Assembly (NCBI GenBank): GCA_963827755.1
Contig: CAWHCQ010000013.1
Location: 86,619 to 150,618, forward strand
Reading direction: 5' to 3'
DNA from: an uncultured Gammaproteobacteria bacterium
GTDB taxonomy: Bacteria; Pseudomonadota; Gammaproteobacteria; UBA9214
DNA: 64,000 bases
A program made the translations under genes and the position numbers. This document shows positions 1 through 10,569 of this stretch, one piece after another. Under the pieces are notes generated by a model, which had not been told where the DNA came from, did no database searches, and saw nothing but the letters and a program-made list of their open reading frames with translations. The first letter of the stretch is position 1. Each line of letters starts with the position of its first letter.

Positions 1-373
1 GATGCCCGATTTGTTCCAGTTGCATGCTCTCGCCCTCGATCGAGAAGCCCATGCTTGCACCCGCCGTTTTGAGTGTACATGCCACCCCGCCACGCCAGTT
101 GATGGGCAGCGGCGCGTGATTGCGATAGGTGTAGATGTTGTCGGTCATGTCGCCCCCCGCCACCTCGCAGGGGCATTCAGGCAGTTCGCCCTCAAGCTCG
201 ATACCCTTGATGGTCAGGTTCACAGCCTGGGTCCAGAGTGAATCCTCGAACGTCCCTTCCATTTCCTGTACCAGGTTGACCCGGGAGAAGTGCAGGGTGA
301 TCTGGTCGTCACCCTGTTCAATCGACTCCAGCTGTGCACCGGGTAATTGCAAAAAATATGTCGTATCGCTCAT
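1..373 (-). CDS. Conserved hypothetical protein, 3' end runs off the window
   Basis: Not in the ORF track because it is partial. Hand translation from ATG at 373 gives MSDTTYFLQLPGAQLESIEQGDDQITLHFSRVNLVQEMEG..., open to the window edge, with a purine-rich (GGGAG) upstream region. Confidence 0.75.
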   Translation of the reverse strand, partial: MSDTTYFLQLPGAQLESIEQGDDQITLHFSRVNLVQEMEGTFEDSLWTQAVNLTIKGIELEGELPECPCEVAGGDMTDNIYTYRNHAPLPINWRGGVACTLKTAGASMGFSIEGESMQLEQIGH

Positions 374-440
374 GGTTATTGCCTTTATAACTCCCTCTCC
401 CTGTTTATATCTACTCGTACCGGCCTTTCCCCGGAGGGGG

Positions 441-2543
441 TTAGTGATCCGTTATCTCCGGTGTTGCGGGTTCTGATTTAGAGAGTTGTGCATCGAAACT
501 CTCCAGCCCGGTAACGGGCTCGCCGCACACCAGGCCGTTACAGATGTAGGCAACCACATCGCTGCCGGGACTGCGTTCTGCAAGCCCGGCAGGCAACCCA
601 ACGGCTGTTGCAGGGATGGCCAGGGTGATTCTGGAAGGCGCATAAACCCTTGCAGCACGTGCATGCCAGTCATTCAGCGAACGACCGTCGCCGCGGATGA
701 TAACAGTCTGGAATCCCAGCAGGGATTCTTCCAGTGCCAGCAGCAGGCTGGTGTGTGCATGCGGCATGTCCCTGATGCCGGCCCAGATACTTTTCAGCGT
801 GTTCTCGGCCGCTTCCAGGTAGCGGCTTTCGCCGAGGATGTGGCCAAGGCGGCCAAGCACCTTGGCGGCGATGCCGTTGCCCGCGGGTGTGGCATCGTCA
901 TGATCCGGCCTGGGACGGTGGATGAGGGCTTCATGGTCATTCGAGGTAAAGAAGAATCCGCCTGCCGGGTCCTGGAAATGCCCGAGTACGACTTCCGCGA
1001 GTTCAATGGCAAATTGCAGGTCACCGTCCCGCCAGCGCACCTGCAGCAGTTCGAGGATGCCGTCGATCAGGTAGACATAATCATCGAGGTAGGCATTCAG
1101 GTGTGCATGACCGTCCTTGCAAGTCGCCAGCAGGCGGCCGTTTTTCCAGAGGGTGCTGTGGATAAAGTCGAGTGAGCGTTCCGCCGAGTCGACCCAGCCG
1201 GTTTCATTCAGGTAGCGGCCCGCCATGGCCATGCCGCGGATCATCAGGCCGTTCCATGATGTCAGTACCTTGTCATCCCGGCCGGGGTGAACCCGTTGCT
1301 TGCGCAGCTGGAACAGGGTTTCGCGGGCGCGCATGACGGCTTGTTCGATCACGGACGGGTGCTGTGAAAATTCCTCGCCGAGTTGCGCACAGCTGCGGTA
1401 GACGTGCAGGTGCCACTTGCCTTCAAAATTGGCAGGCCGGTCCAGGCCATAGCGGCGGGCAAAAATCGCGTAGTCTTCCTCGCCAATCTGTGTGCGCACC
1501 TCCTCCGGCGTCCACGCATAGAACCTGCCTTCCTCGCCCTCGGAATCGGCGTCCAGGCTGGAGTAGTAGCCGCCATCAGGCGCCTGCATTTCCCGCATCA
1601 CCCAGCCTGCGGTGTGCTGGCAGGTGCGTTTGAACAGCGGATTGGCGGTGGCGGCCCAGGCCTCGGCATACAGGGCGAGCAGGGCGCCGTTGTCATAGAG
1701 CATTTTCTCGAAATGCGGAATCATCCAGCGCGCGTCGACCGAGTAGCGGCAGAAGCCGCCCCCGAGCTGATCGAAGATGCCGCCATGTGCCATCTTTTCC
1801 AGCGAAAAGACGGCCATGTGTAATGCCCGCCTGTCCGGTTCACCGGAGCTGGAGTTGCCCCTGGCCCAGTGACGTAACAGCCGTTCGATGCTGGTTGGAT
1901 GGGGGAATTTCGGCGCCTCGCCGAAGCCGCCTTCGCGTTCATCGAAATTCCTTTCCAGTTGCTGTCTTGCCGCATCCAGCGGTGCCGGGTTGAGACTTTC
2001 GCTTGCCGGGGAGCGGGCTGACATCGATTGCAGGGCATTGATCAACGAGGTGTTCTGCGTCCTGATTTCGTCGCCGCGCTCGGCCAGGAAGCTGTCGATA
2101 TGCTGCATCAGTTCGCGAAATGACGGCATGCCGTGGCGCGGCTTGTCCGGGAAATAGGTGCCGGCAAAAAACGGCACATGGTCATCCGGTGTGAGAAACA
2201 CGGTCAACGGCCAGCCGCCCGGGCGCCGGGTCAGCAGTGAATGGGCCGTCTGGTAGATCTTGTCGATGTCCGGACGTTCTTCCCGGTCAACCTTGATGTT
2301 GATGAACAGCCGGTTCATCAGTTCGGCCGTGGCCTCGTCCTCAAAGGACTCGTGGGCCATCACGTGGCACCAGTGGCAGGCCGAGTAGCCGATGGAGAGG
2401 AGGATGGGCTTGTTCTCTGTACGCGCCTTTTCCAGCGCCTCCGGCCCCCAGGGATACCAGTCGACCGGGTTGCCGGCATGCTGCAGCAGGTAGGGACTGG
2501 TCTCGTGGGCGAGATGATTGCCGGAGTCGTTCTGTTGTTTCAT
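441..2543 (-). CDS. Thioredoxin-domain / six-hairpin protein (YyaL/DUF255/SPATA20 family)
   Basis: N-terminal [47 protein letters not shown] motifs; 700 aa. Confidence 0.93.
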   Translation of the reverse strand: MKQQNDSGNHLAHETSPYLLQHAGNPVDWYPWGPEALEKARTENKPILLSIGYSACHWCHVMAHESFEDEATAELMNRLFINIKVDREERPDIDKIYQTAHSLLTRRPGGWPLTVFLTPDDHVPFFAGTYFPDKPRHGMPSFRELMQHIDSFLAERGDEIRTQNTSLINALQSMSARSPASESLNPAPLDAARQQLERNFDEREGGFGEAPKFPHPTSIERLLRHWARGNSSSGEPDRRALHMAVFSLEKMAHGGIFDQLGGGFCRYSVDARWMIPHFEKMLYDNGALLALYAEAWAATANPLFKRTCQHTAGWVMREMQAPDGGYYSSLDADSEGEEGRFYAWTPEEVRTQIGEEDYAIFARRYGLDRPANFEGKWHLHVYRSCAQLGEEFSQHPSVIEQAVMRARETLFQLRKQRVHPGRDDKVLTSWNGLMIRGMAMAGRYLNETGWVDSAERSLDFIHSTLWKNGRLLATCKDGHAHLNAYLDDYVYLIDGILELLQVRWRDGDLQFAIELAEVVLGHFQDPAGGFFFTSNDHEALIHRPRPDHDDATPAGNGIAAKVLGRLGHILGESRYLEAAENTLKSIWAGIRDMPHAHTSLLLALEESLLGFQTVIIRGDGRSLNDWHARAARVYAPSRITLAIPATAVGLPAGLAERSPGSDVVAYICNGLVCGEPVTGLESFDAQLSKSEPATPEITDH

Positions 2544-2731
2544 ATCAGCTGCGTGTTCCGTCGTCCTGTCCGCGCCCCGGTAAGTGGCGTTGTACTATAT
2601 CGGAACACCTGTAAGCTGTCTTCGCAAATACGTGTTTACACCCACATGCTGTAAGGTAATGACATGGATCGATTGATTCACACCCCGGTGTGCAACAAGG
2701 CGCCAGGACTCCCGGTACGTCGCACGAGCGA

Positions 2732-4321
2732 ATGAGTCTGCGTGCCGCAGCATGGCCGGGTCTGCTGGCTGCGTGGCTGCTCGTCCTGTTGACGGCGCTG
2801 CTGACGCGTTCGCTGGTCCCGGTCGATGAAACGCGCTATGCCGGCGTTGCCTGGGAGATGTGGTCCCGCGGTGATTTCCTGGTCCCCCGGCTCAACGGTG
2901 AACCCTACAGCCACAAGCCGCCCCTGTTTTTCTGGCTGGTGCATGCCGGCTGGTGGCTGTTCGGAGTAAAGGAGTGGGTGGTGCGCGCGGTTGCCCCGCT
3001 CACGGCATTGCTGGTGCTGCTGGCAAGCGGATACCTCGCCCGGCAATTGTGGCCGAAGGCGGACACGGCAGCATGGCTGGTACCCTGGGTCCTGTTCGGC
3101 AGCATCTTTTACTGCGCGTTCTACAGCTGGGTGCAGATCGACATGCTGCTGGTGTTGTTCACGGTGCTGGCGATGACCGGCCTGGTCAGGGCAGCGCAGG
3201 GCCGTGGCAGCGGCTGGATCGTGACCGGCTGCGCCATCGGCCTGGGTGTGCTGGCAAAGGGGCCGGTAATCCTGCTGCATGTCTTGCCGGTTGCCCTGCT
3301 GGCGCCGCTATGGAAACGCGATGCCGCCGCGCGCTTCTGGCCGGCCTGGTACACGGGTGTGCTGGCGAGCGTGGCGCTGGGCGCGGTGATTGCACTGGCC
3401 TGGGCCTTGCCGGCCGCACAGGCCGGTGGCGAGGCCTATCGGAACGCCATCCTCTGGGGGCAAACCGCAAACCGGCTGGTGAGTTCGTTTGCCCATAATC
3501 ACCCGCCGTGGTGGTATCTCCCGTGGCTGGCCGTGCTGCTTGCGCCCTGGTGTTTTCTCCCCTGGCTGTGGTCGGGCCTGCGCCGCGCGAAACCGGCCAG
3601 GGATGAAGGCCTGCGCTTTTGCCTGGTCTGGCTGCTATCGGTATTTGCGCTGCTCAGCCTGGTGAGTGGCAAGCAGCTCAAATACCTGTTGCCCCTGCAA
3701 CCGGCCGTTGCCCTGCTGGTGAGCCGCGTGGCGGGCCTGCAGGATTCTGCGCAGGTCAGGGGGCGTCCCTGGCTGTTGGCCGGTGTGTTGCTGGTCACGG
3801 GTGCGGCCGTGATGCTGCTCCCGTTTGTGTTGCACAAGCCGGCATGGATCAACGAGGTCCATCCCGTCTGGGGCGGACTGCTGATGATTGCCGCCATCAC
3901 GGTTGTTCTGCTGCGCCCGGTTCCTGCCGCGCCCTGCCTGCTGCGGATTTCCCTGTTATCCGTATTTGTCATCGCTGTTGTGCAACTGGGTGTATTCAGG
4001 CCGGCGGCACCGGCCTATGACCTGCAGGCGGCCAGCCGGCTGCTTGCAAGGGCGCAGCAGGCGGGGCGCACGGTGGCCGTCACCAGCCGTTACCATGGCC
4101 AGTTCGGATTTTATGGCCGCCTGACGCAACCGATCCTGTATATTCCCGATGACAGCGTCGTGGCATGGGCAGCGCAGCACCCGGATGCCTGCCTGGTGCT
4201 GGTCTACCGCGATGGCCGGGATGAATATCCACGGGCGCTGTTTTCCCAGCCTTATCGCGGTGGCCGGCTTGTCATCAGCGAAGCCCGGGCGATAACTGCG
4301 CCTGCCGATCTGCCACATTAG
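2732..4321 (+). CDS. ArnT/PMT-like GT-C membrane glycosyltransferase
   Basis: DETRYAGVAWEM, YSHKPPLFFW, KGP motifs; many hydrophobic segments. Start set at ATG 2732. Confidence 0.85.
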   Translation: MSLRAAAWPGLLAAWLLVLLTALLTRSLVPVDETRYAGVAWEMWSRGDFLVPRLNGEPYSHKPPLFFWLVHAGWWLFGVKEWVVRAVAPLTALLVLLASGYLARQLWPKADTAAWLVPWVLFGSIFYCAFYSWVQIDMLLVLFTVLAMTGLVRAAQGRGSGWIVTGCAIGLGVLAKGPVILLHVLPVALLAPLWKRDAAARFWPAWYTGVLASVALGAVIALAWALPAAQAGGEAYRNAILWGQTANRLVSSFAHNHPPWWYLPWLAVLLAPWCFLPWLWSGLRRAKPARDEGLRFCLVWLLSVFALLSLVSGKQLKYLLPLQPAVALLVSRVAGLQDSAQVRGRPWLLAGVLLVTGAAVMLLPFVLHKPAWINEVHPVWGGLLMIAAITVVLLRPVPAAPCLLRISLLSVFVIAVVQLGVFRPAAPAYDLQAASRLLARAQQAGRTVAVTSRYHGQFGFYGRLTQPILYIPDDSVVAWAAQHPDACLVLVYRDGRDEYPRALFSQPYRGGRLVISEARAITAPADLPH

Positions 4322-4333
4322 CCAGGAAACACG

Positions 4334-5533
4334 ATGACAACGACAGACTTGCCGGTACTGATACTGAAAAAGAATGAAGACCGCCGTCTGCGGGCCGGGC
4401 ATCTCTGGGTCTACAGCAACGAGGTTGATACCGGGAAGACACCGCTCAACGGGTTCGAGCCGGGCAGTCTTGCGGTGGTCCAGTCTGCAAGCGGACAGGC
4501 ACTGGGTGCGGCCTATGTGAACCCGCACTCCCTGATCTGTGCACGGCTCTACAGCCGGCGTCCGCGCAGCGCGTTTGACGCGGCATTTTTCGAACGGCGT
4601 TTCAGGTCGGCCCTGGCGTTGCGTGAATCACTCTTTGAGCGTCCATTTTATCGAATGGTATTTGGCGAGAGCGATGGCCTGCCCGGCCTGGTCGTCGATC
4701 GCTATGCCGACGTGCTGGTCGTGCAGATCACCACGGCCGGAATGGAAAGGGTCCGCGCGGTTATCCTCGAGGCCTTGCAGCAGGTCGTGGCACCTGCCGG
4801 TATCCTGCTGCTCAATGATAACCCGGTGCGCACCCTGGAAGGCCTTGACCAGGTCACGGAGGTGATCGGCGCGGTACCCGAAAGCGTATTCCTGGAAGAG
4901 GGCGGGGCACGTTTCGAAGTGCCGCTGGGTGGCGGGCAGAAGACCGGCTGGTTCTTTGACCAGCGTGATAACCGGCTGGCGATGCACAAGTATGTGAAGG
5001 GCAAGCGGGTGCTGGATGCCTTCAGTTATATCGGTGCCTGGGGTGTGCAGGCTGCCGTGGCAGGTGCATCTGAAGTGTGCTGCGTGGATTCTTCCAGCGC
5101 TGCGCTGGAGTTCATTCGCAGAAATGCCGTGGCGAATAACGTGGCTGACAGGCTCAGCATTGAAGGTGGTGATGCTTTTGATATCATGGGCGCCATGAAA
5201 GAGGCTGGCCGCAAGTTCGATGTTGTGATTGTTGATCCGCCCGCCTTCATAAAACGGCGCAAGAATATTAAAGCGGGCGAACAGGGTTATGCCCGTTTGA
5301 ACCGTCTGGCAATGCAGTTACTCGGGCCGGACGGGATACTGGTATCCTGCTCCTGTTCCATGCATCTGACCGAGGCGCGCCTGCAGGGTATCCTGCTGCA
5401 ATCAGCCCGCAAGCTGGCCCGCCATCTGCAGATCATCGAGCGTGGTTTCCAGGCGATTGATCACCCGGTGCATCCGGCCATACCGGAGACCGCCTATCTG
5501 AAGGCCCTGTTTTGCCGCATACCGGCAACCTGA
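4334..5533 (+). CDS. rlmI: 23S rRNA m5C1962 methyltransferase RlmI family
   Basis: PUA-like GHLWVYSNE, ESDGLPGLVVDRY, GQKTGWFFDQRDNR, DPPAF. Confidence 0.88.
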   Translation: MTTTDLPVLILKKNEDRRLRAGHLWVYSNEVDTGKTPLNGFEPGSLAVVQSASGQALGAAYVNPHSLICARLYSRRPRSAFDAAFFERRFRSALALRESLFERPFYRMVFGESDGLPGLVVDRYADVLVVQITTAGMERVRAVILEALQQVVAPAGILLLNDNPVRTLEGLDQVTEVIGAVPESVFLEEGGARFEVPLGGGQKTGWFFDQRDNRLAMHKYVKGKRVLDAFSYIGAWGVQAAVAGASEVCCVDSSSAALEFIRRNAVANNVADRLSIEGGDAFDIMGAMKEAGRKFDVVIVDPPAFIKRRKNIKAGEQGYARLNRLAMQLLGPDGILVSCSCSMHLTEARLQGILLQSARKLARHLQIIERGFQAIDHPVHPAIPETAYLKALFCRIPAT

Positions 5534-5554
5534 TACCCGTCCCGGAAATACTTC

Positions 5555-6352
5555 ATGCTGCACTATCCCGAGATTGATCCTGTTGCCGTTTCCTTTGGTG
5601 TCTTCGAGGTGCACTGGTACGGTCTCATGTACCTGCTTGCGTTTGTTGCCGGCTGGTGGCTTGGAGTAGTGCGCACGCGACGTGCGGGGACTGAATGGCG
5701 TGCGAATGAGATCAGTGACCTGCTGTTTTATGTTGCGCTGGGTGTGATACTCGGCGGGCGTATCGGCTATACCCTGGCCTATAATTTCAGCAGTTTCATG
5801 GCCGACCCGCTGCTGATCTTTCGTATCTGGCAGGGTGGAATGTCCTACCACGGCGGCATGGTCGGCGTATTCGTGGCCATGTGGATGTATGCGCGGCATA
5901 CCGGGCGCACCTTCTTTGTCGTGACCGACTATCTTGCCCCGCTGGTGCCAATCGGGCTGGGTGCCGGTCGCCTGGGTAATTTTATCAACGGTGAATTGTG
6001 GGGCCGACCGACTGATCTTCCCTGGGGCATGGTCTTTCCCTATGTGGACTCGCTGCCGCGGCATCCGTCCATGCTCTATGAATTATTGCTCGAGGGGATC
6101 GTGTTTTTTGCCATCCTGTGGATTTATTCACGCAAGCCGCGGCCGACCATGGCCGTTTCCGGCCTGTATCTGCTATGTTATGGCGTGTTCAGGTTCGCTG
6201 TTGAATTTGTCCGCGTGCCGGATGCGCATATCGGCTTCCTCGCCTTTGACTGGCTGACCATGGGGCACTTGCTGTCTTTTCCCATGATCATTATCGGGCT
6301 TGTATTTTTTGTGTATGCCTTGCGACGCACGGATGGCAAGGTGAGCTGGTAA
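5555..6352 (+). CDS. lgt: Prolipoprotein diacylglyceryl transferase
   Basis: VHWYGLMY, GGMSYHGG, GRLGNFINGELWGR, RHPS motifs. Confidence 0.97.
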   Translation: MLHYPEIDPVAVSFGVFEVHWYGLMYLLAFVAGWWLGVVRTRRAGTEWRANEISDLLFYVALGVILGGRIGYTLAYNFSSFMADPLLIFRIWQGGMSYHGGMVGVFVAMWMYARHTGRTFFVVTDYLAPLVPIGLGAGRLGNFINGELWGRPTDLPWGMVFPYVDSLPRHPSMLYELLLEGIVFFAILWIYSRKPRPTMAVSGLYLLCYGVFRFAVEFVRVPDAHIGFLAFDWLTMGHLLSFPMIIIGLVFFVYALRRTDGKVSW

Positions 6353-6371
6353 GTGACGTCTGGTATTTACT

Positions 6372-6438
6372 GTAGGAGCGGATCTCATCCGCGATAATTC
6401 TGCATGAATACCTGTCGCGCTTGAGAAGCGCTCCTGCA
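6372..6438. repeat. GTAG-family REP-like inverted doublet
   Basis: GTAGGAGCGGATCTCATCCGCGA followed after a spacer by the inverted degenerate copy TCGCGCTTGAGAAGCGCTCCTGCA, between lgt and thyA. Confidence 0.65.
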
Positions 6439-6489
6439 GGTCACTGCTCTTCCGGAGCGGAGCTGAAACAGGGGAGTGACGGAGTAAAA

Positions 6490-7284
6490 ATGAAGCAGTA
6501 TCTCGACTTGATGCGGCATGTGCGTGATCACGGTGCCCGCAAGGAAGACCGCACCGGGACCGGGACACTGAGTGTCTTCGGTTACCAGATGCGTTTTGAC
6601 CTGGCGCAGGGTTTTCCGCTGGTTACCACCAAGAAAATACACCTGCGTTCCATCCTGCATGAATTGCTGTGGTTTTTGAAAGGCGATACCAATATCCGTT
6701 ACCTGCATCAGAACAAGGTGACGATCTGGGACGAGTGGGCCGATGAGCAGGGTGATCTCGGGCCGGTGTATGGCTACCAGTGGCGCTCCTGGCCGACAGC
6801 GGACGGGCGACATATCGACCAGATCAGCCAGGTGATTCACCAGATCAGGAATAACCCGGACTCGCGGCGTATCATCGTCAGCGCCTGGAATGTCGCTGAT
6901 ATCGAAAACATGGCCCTGCCGCCCTGCCATGCCTTTTTCCAGTTCTACGTGACCGACGGGAAACTGTCCTGCCAGTTGTACCAGCGCAGTGCCGATATCT
7001 TTCTCGGTGTGCCGTTCAATATTGCATCCTATGCACTGTTGCTGCAGATGATGGCGCAGGTGACCGGGCTGCAGGCGGGCGAATTTGTGCATACCTTCGG
7101 CGATGCGCATCTGTATCTGAATCACCTCGAGCAGGTCGAGCTGCAATTGTCACGCTCACCGCATACCCTGCCGGTGATGCAGCTCAATCCCGATATAAAA
7201 GACCTGTTCGATTTCAGCTTTGACGATTTCGAGCTGACCAACTATGACCCGCATCCGCATATCAAGGCGCCGGTTGCGGTCTGA
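6490..7284 (+). CDS. thyA: Thymidylate synthase
   Basis: [39 protein letters not shown]; GGAG RBS before ATG 6490. Confidence 0.98.
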   Translation: MKQYLDLMRHVRDHGARKEDRTGTGTLSVFGYQMRFDLAQGFPLVTTKKIHLRSILHELLWFLKGDTNIRYLHQNKVTIWDEWADEQGDLGPVYGYQWRSWPTADGRHIDQISQVIHQIRNNPDSRRIIVSAWNVADIENMALPPCHAFFQFYVTDGKLSCQLYQRSADIFLGVPFNIASYALLLQMMAQVTGLQAGEFVHTFGDAHLYLNHLEQVELQLSRSPHTLPVMQLNPDIKDLFDFSFDDFELTNYDPHPHIKAPVAV

Positions 7285-7292
7285 CTCCAGGC

Positions 7293-7793
7293 ATGAAGAT
7301 TTCCATTGTCGTGGCGATGGCCGCCAACCGGGTGATCGGCAGGGACAACCAGCTGCCCTGGCACCTGCCCGCGGACCTGAAGCATTTCAGGGAAACCACC
7401 ATGGGCAAGCCGATCCTCATGGGGCGCAAGACCTGGGAGTCGATTGGCCGGCCATTGCCGGGGCGCACGAGTATCGTCATTACCCGTGATGAAGACTATG
7501 AAGCACCCGGCTGCATCGTGGTGCATTCCATCGAGGCCGCCCTGCAGGCCGCGGGAGAACAGGATGAGGTGATGGTGATCGGTGGCGCGGAGTTTTACCG
7601 CCAGGTGCTGGCGCATGCCGATACCATTTACCTGACCCTTGTCCACCGGGACTTCGAGGGCGATACCCGCTTCCCGCGGCTGGATGAAGCCGAGTGGGAG
7701 GAGACCGGGCGGGTTGATTGTGAGGCCGATGAGAGCAACCCGTATGCCTGGAGTTTTATCAGGCTTGACCGGGTGCGTGCGCAGGACGATTGA
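7293..7793 (+). CDS. folA: Dihydrofolate reductase
   Basis: VIGRDNQLPWHLPADL, MGRKTWES, GRPLPGR, IGGAE, GDT motifs. Confidence 0.97.
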   Translation: MKISIVVAMAANRVIGRDNQLPWHLPADLKHFRETTMGKPILMGRKTWESIGRPLPGRTSIVITRDEDYEAPGCIVVHSIEAALQAAGEQDEVMVIGGAEFYRQVLAHADTIYLTLVHRDFEGDTRFPRLDEAEWEETGRVDCEADESNPYAWSFIRLDRVRAQDD

Positions 7794-7794
7794 C

Positions 7795-8940
7795 TTGAGC
7801 AAGACAGTTAACCCGCTGGGTGAACTTGCCGCGGAACGTTTCCTGAAGGACTACTGGCAAAAGCAGCCCCTGGTCATCCGGCAGGCCTTTGCGGGTTTTC
7901 AGTCACCGATCAGTGCCGAAGAGCTGGCAGGCCTGGCCTGTGAAGACGGCGTGGATTCCAGGATCGTGATCGAGAAGGGCGGCGAACATCCGTGGCAGAC
8001 GATTTATGGCCCGATGGATGAAGCGGTTTTCAGCACCTTGCCGGAAACGCACTGGACCCTGCTGGTGAATGATGTAGAAAAACATATCCCGGGCCTCGCC
8101 TGGGTTGTCGACAGCTTCAGGTTCATTCCCGAGTGGCGCATCGATGACCTGATGATCAGTTATGCACCCGAGGGCGGGTCTGTCGGTCCGCACCTGGACC
8201 AGTACGATGCATTTATCCTGCAGGCGCAGGGCCACCGGCGCTGGCAGATACATAGCCGCGAGGTTGCCGCTGACAACCAGGTCGCGAATACCGATTTGCG
8301 CATCCACAGGGATTTTGTTGCCGAGCAGGAATGGTTGCTTGAACCCGGCGACATGATTTACCTGCCGCCCGGCGTGTCCCATTACGGTGTGGCAACCGAT
8401 GACTGCCTGAGTTTTTCGATCGGCTTTCGTGCAGCCACCCATGCTGAAATGCTGGAAAGCTATGTCGGCCATATCAGCGAGGGCCTGCCCGCCGAGCTGA
8501 CTTACCGGGATCCTTCCCTGCAGGTGCAGCGCCATCCAAACGAAATTACGGCCGCTACCATGGAAGCGGTAAGGTCCATGCTCGGCGAATACCTGAAACC
8601 GGATAACCCGGCATTCCCGGCCTGGTTCGGGCGCTTCGTCAGCGAGACGAAGGCGGACCTGTTGATCGGGAACGATGACCGTTTTGACGATCTTTCAACG
8701 TTGGTATCTGTGCACGCGGCACTTGTCCGCAACCCGGCAAGTCGTTTTGCATTCTGGCAGGATAACAACAATGTGCTGTTGTTTGTTGATGGCAGCGAGT
8801 TCCGGGTAACTTCTGCCTTTGCAGAATCGTTGTGTGATCAACGCGAGATCGACGCAGCTGCCCTGTCCGAATCCATAACGGCTGACGAGGCCGGGTTGTT
8901 GCTGGACTTTTACAACAGCGGCAAGTTGATTCCTGGTTGA
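7795..8940 (+). CDS. roxA: Ribosomal protein uL16 3-hydroxylase (JmjC/cupin, YcfD/RoxA)
   Basis: FLKDYWQKQP, WTLLV, WRIDDLMISYA, GPHLDQYD, LEPGDMIYLPPG.H. The TTG start at 7795 is inferred. Confidence 0.88.
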   Translation: MSKTVNPLGELAAERFLKDYWQKQPLVIRQAFAGFQSPISAEELAGLACEDGVDSRIVIEKGGEHPWQTIYGPMDEAVFSTLPETHWTLLVNDVEKHIPGLAWVVDSFRFIPEWRIDDLMISYAPEGGSVGPHLDQYDAFILQAQGHRRWQIHSREVAADNQVANTDLRIHRDFVAEQEWLLEPGDMIYLPPGVSHYGVATDDCLSFSIGFRAATHAEMLESYVGHISEGLPAELTYRDPSLQVQRHPNEITAATMEAVRSMLGEYLKPDNPAFPAWFGRFVSETKADLLIGNDDRFDDLSTLVSVHAALVRNPASRFAFWQDNNNVLLFVDGSEFRVTSAFAESLCDQREIDAAALSESITADEAGLLLDFYNSGKLIPG

Positions 8941-8960
8941 TGCGAGGTTATCGGAAGGAG

Positions 8961-9194
8961 GTGAGAAGTGAGAAGTGAGAGAGTGAGAAGTGAGAAGTGA
9001 GAAGTGAGAAGTGAGAGAGTGAGAAGTGAGAGAGTGAGAAGTGAGAGGTGAGAAGTGAGAGGTGAGAAGTGAGAGTGCATAACTACTTTGCAGCCTGGGC
9101 AGGCAAACAGACCCTCTTTTTTCACTCTTCACTCTCTCACTCTTCACTCTTCACTCTTCACTTCTCACTCTCTCACTTCTCACTTCTGACTTCT
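8961..9194. repeat. Inverted pair of heptamer tandem arrays, (GTGAGAA)n ... (TTCTCAC/TTCACTC)n
   Basis: GTGAGAA-type units about 8961-9075, a spacer of about 45 bp, then complementary units about 9120-9194. Confidence 0.92.
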
Positions 9195-9206
9195 TGAGTT
9201 AAAAAA

Positions 9207-9656
9207 ATGGATCCAGCATTCAAACTGACACATTGTAGCTGGCAGGATAACAGCGAGGCGCTTACCGCCGTCCGGCGGACCGTCTTCGTAGACGAGCAAC
9301 ATGTCCCGAAAGCACTTGAGCTGGACGGGTCAGACAGGTTCTTTCACCACGTGCTGGTTACCGGTAAAGATAATCTACCCGTTGGTGCCGGCAGGATAGG
9401 CACCGATGGGCATATCGGCAGAATGGCCGTGTTGAAGGCATATCGACGCCAGGGGATAGGCTCTGCGTTACTCCTGGCCCTGCTTGATTACGCCCGGCAG
9501 AAGGAATACGCCGGTGTTTATTTGCATGCGCAACTCGGCGCCATTCCCTTTTATGAAAAGCATGGCTTCATTGTCCGGGGTGAACAATTCATGGATGCCG
9601 GGATTGTGCACAGGAACATGGTTTATAAACCTGCGCAGGGTCAACCCCTCAACTAG
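9207..9656 (+). CDS. GNAT N-acetyltransferase (YjcF/ElaA-like)
   Basis: VRRTVFVDEQHVP, IGRMAV, RRQGIG, LHAQ, FYEKHGF, DAGIVH. Confidence 0.9.
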   Translation: MDPAFKLTHCSWQDNSEALTAVRRTVFVDEQHVPKALELDGSDRFFHHVLVTGKDNLPVGAGRIGTDGHIGRMAVLKAYRRQGIGSALLLALLDYARQKEYAGVYLHAQLGAIPFYEKHGFIVRGEQFMDAGIVHRNMVYKPAQGQPLN

Positions 9657-9726
9657 CGCGAAACCGGCGAGACAGTAAACCTGTCCCCGCTGAAGGTGGA
9701 TACACTCGACTGTCGCAGTGGCACTG

Positions 9727-10554
9727 TCAGCCAGGCGCTTTATGTCGCGTGCAGGGCAGTCTGAAATATTCCGGTTCCGTATCGATGCGCAGCGCGGTTA
9801 ACTCGCCGCCCCAAAGACAGGCGGTATCCGTCGGATAAATGCCGGGAGCATTGCACGGCCCCAGGGTCGACCAGTGTCCGAAGATGATCTTCATGTCCTT
9901 GCTGGCCCGATGCCCGATTTCAAACCATGGCAACAGTCTGGCCGGCTGACTGCCCGGCGGGCCCTTGTGTTTCAGTCCCAGTTTACCGTCAGTGTCGCAG
10001 TAACGCAGACGGGTAAAGCAATTGATAATAAAGCGCAGGCGATCATGGCCGGAAAGGTCAGCAGACCATCGATTGGGTTTGTTGCCGTACATGTGCACGA
10101 TAAAGTCAGCGAGGGCGTCACCGCGCAAGACGTCCTCAACCTCGCGTGCACATTGCCGTGCCAGTTGAAGATCCCACTGTGGCGGCAGGCCCGCGTGGAT
10201 CATGGTGAATCCCAGTGCCTCGTCATGATGCAGCAGGGGCTGCCGGCAGAGCCAGTCAGTCAGGTCATCGCGATCAGGTGCCTGCAGGATGGCGTCGAGC
10301 GTATGGTCATCGTTGTCCAGCGACAGTCCATGGGCGTGGGAGATCAGGTGCAGATCATGATTTCCGAGCACGGTGACAGCGGCATCGCCGAGCCCGCGAA
10401 CGAAGCGCAGGGTCTCCAGGGATTTGGGGCCGCGGTTAACCAGGTCGCCTGCAAACCAGAGCCGGTCGCCGGCGGGGTCGAAGTCGATGAGTTCAAGCAG
10501 GGCCTGGAGTTCATCGAAGCAGCCCTGGATATCACCTATGGCATAAACGGCCAC
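9727..10554 (-). CDS. apaH: Symmetrical bis(5'-nucleosyl)-tetraphosphatase
   Basis: IGDIQGC, GDLVNRGP, GNHDLH, HAGLPPQW, FGHWS, DTACLWGG. Confidence 0.96.
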   Translation of the reverse strand: MAVYAIGDIQGCFDELQALLELIDFDPAGDRLWFAGDLVNRGPKSLETLRFVRGLGDAAVTVLGNHDLHLISHAHGLSLDNDDHTLDAILQAPDRDDLTDWLCRQPLLHHDEALGFTMIHAGLPPQWDLQLARQCAREVEDVLRGDALADFIVHMYGNKPNRWSADLSGHDRLRFIINCFTRLRYCDTDGKLGLKHKGPPGSQPARLLPWFEIGHRASKDMKIIFGHWSTLGPCNAPGIYPTDTACLWGGELTALRIDTEPEYFRLPCTRHKAPG

Positions 10555-10569
10555 GCAGGACAGAACAGG

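Noticed and set aside
8695-9147. ORFs with SHFSLLT/LLTSH repeats
   Set aside because: Translations of the heptamer DNA array; they overlap roxA antisense and have no credible RBS.
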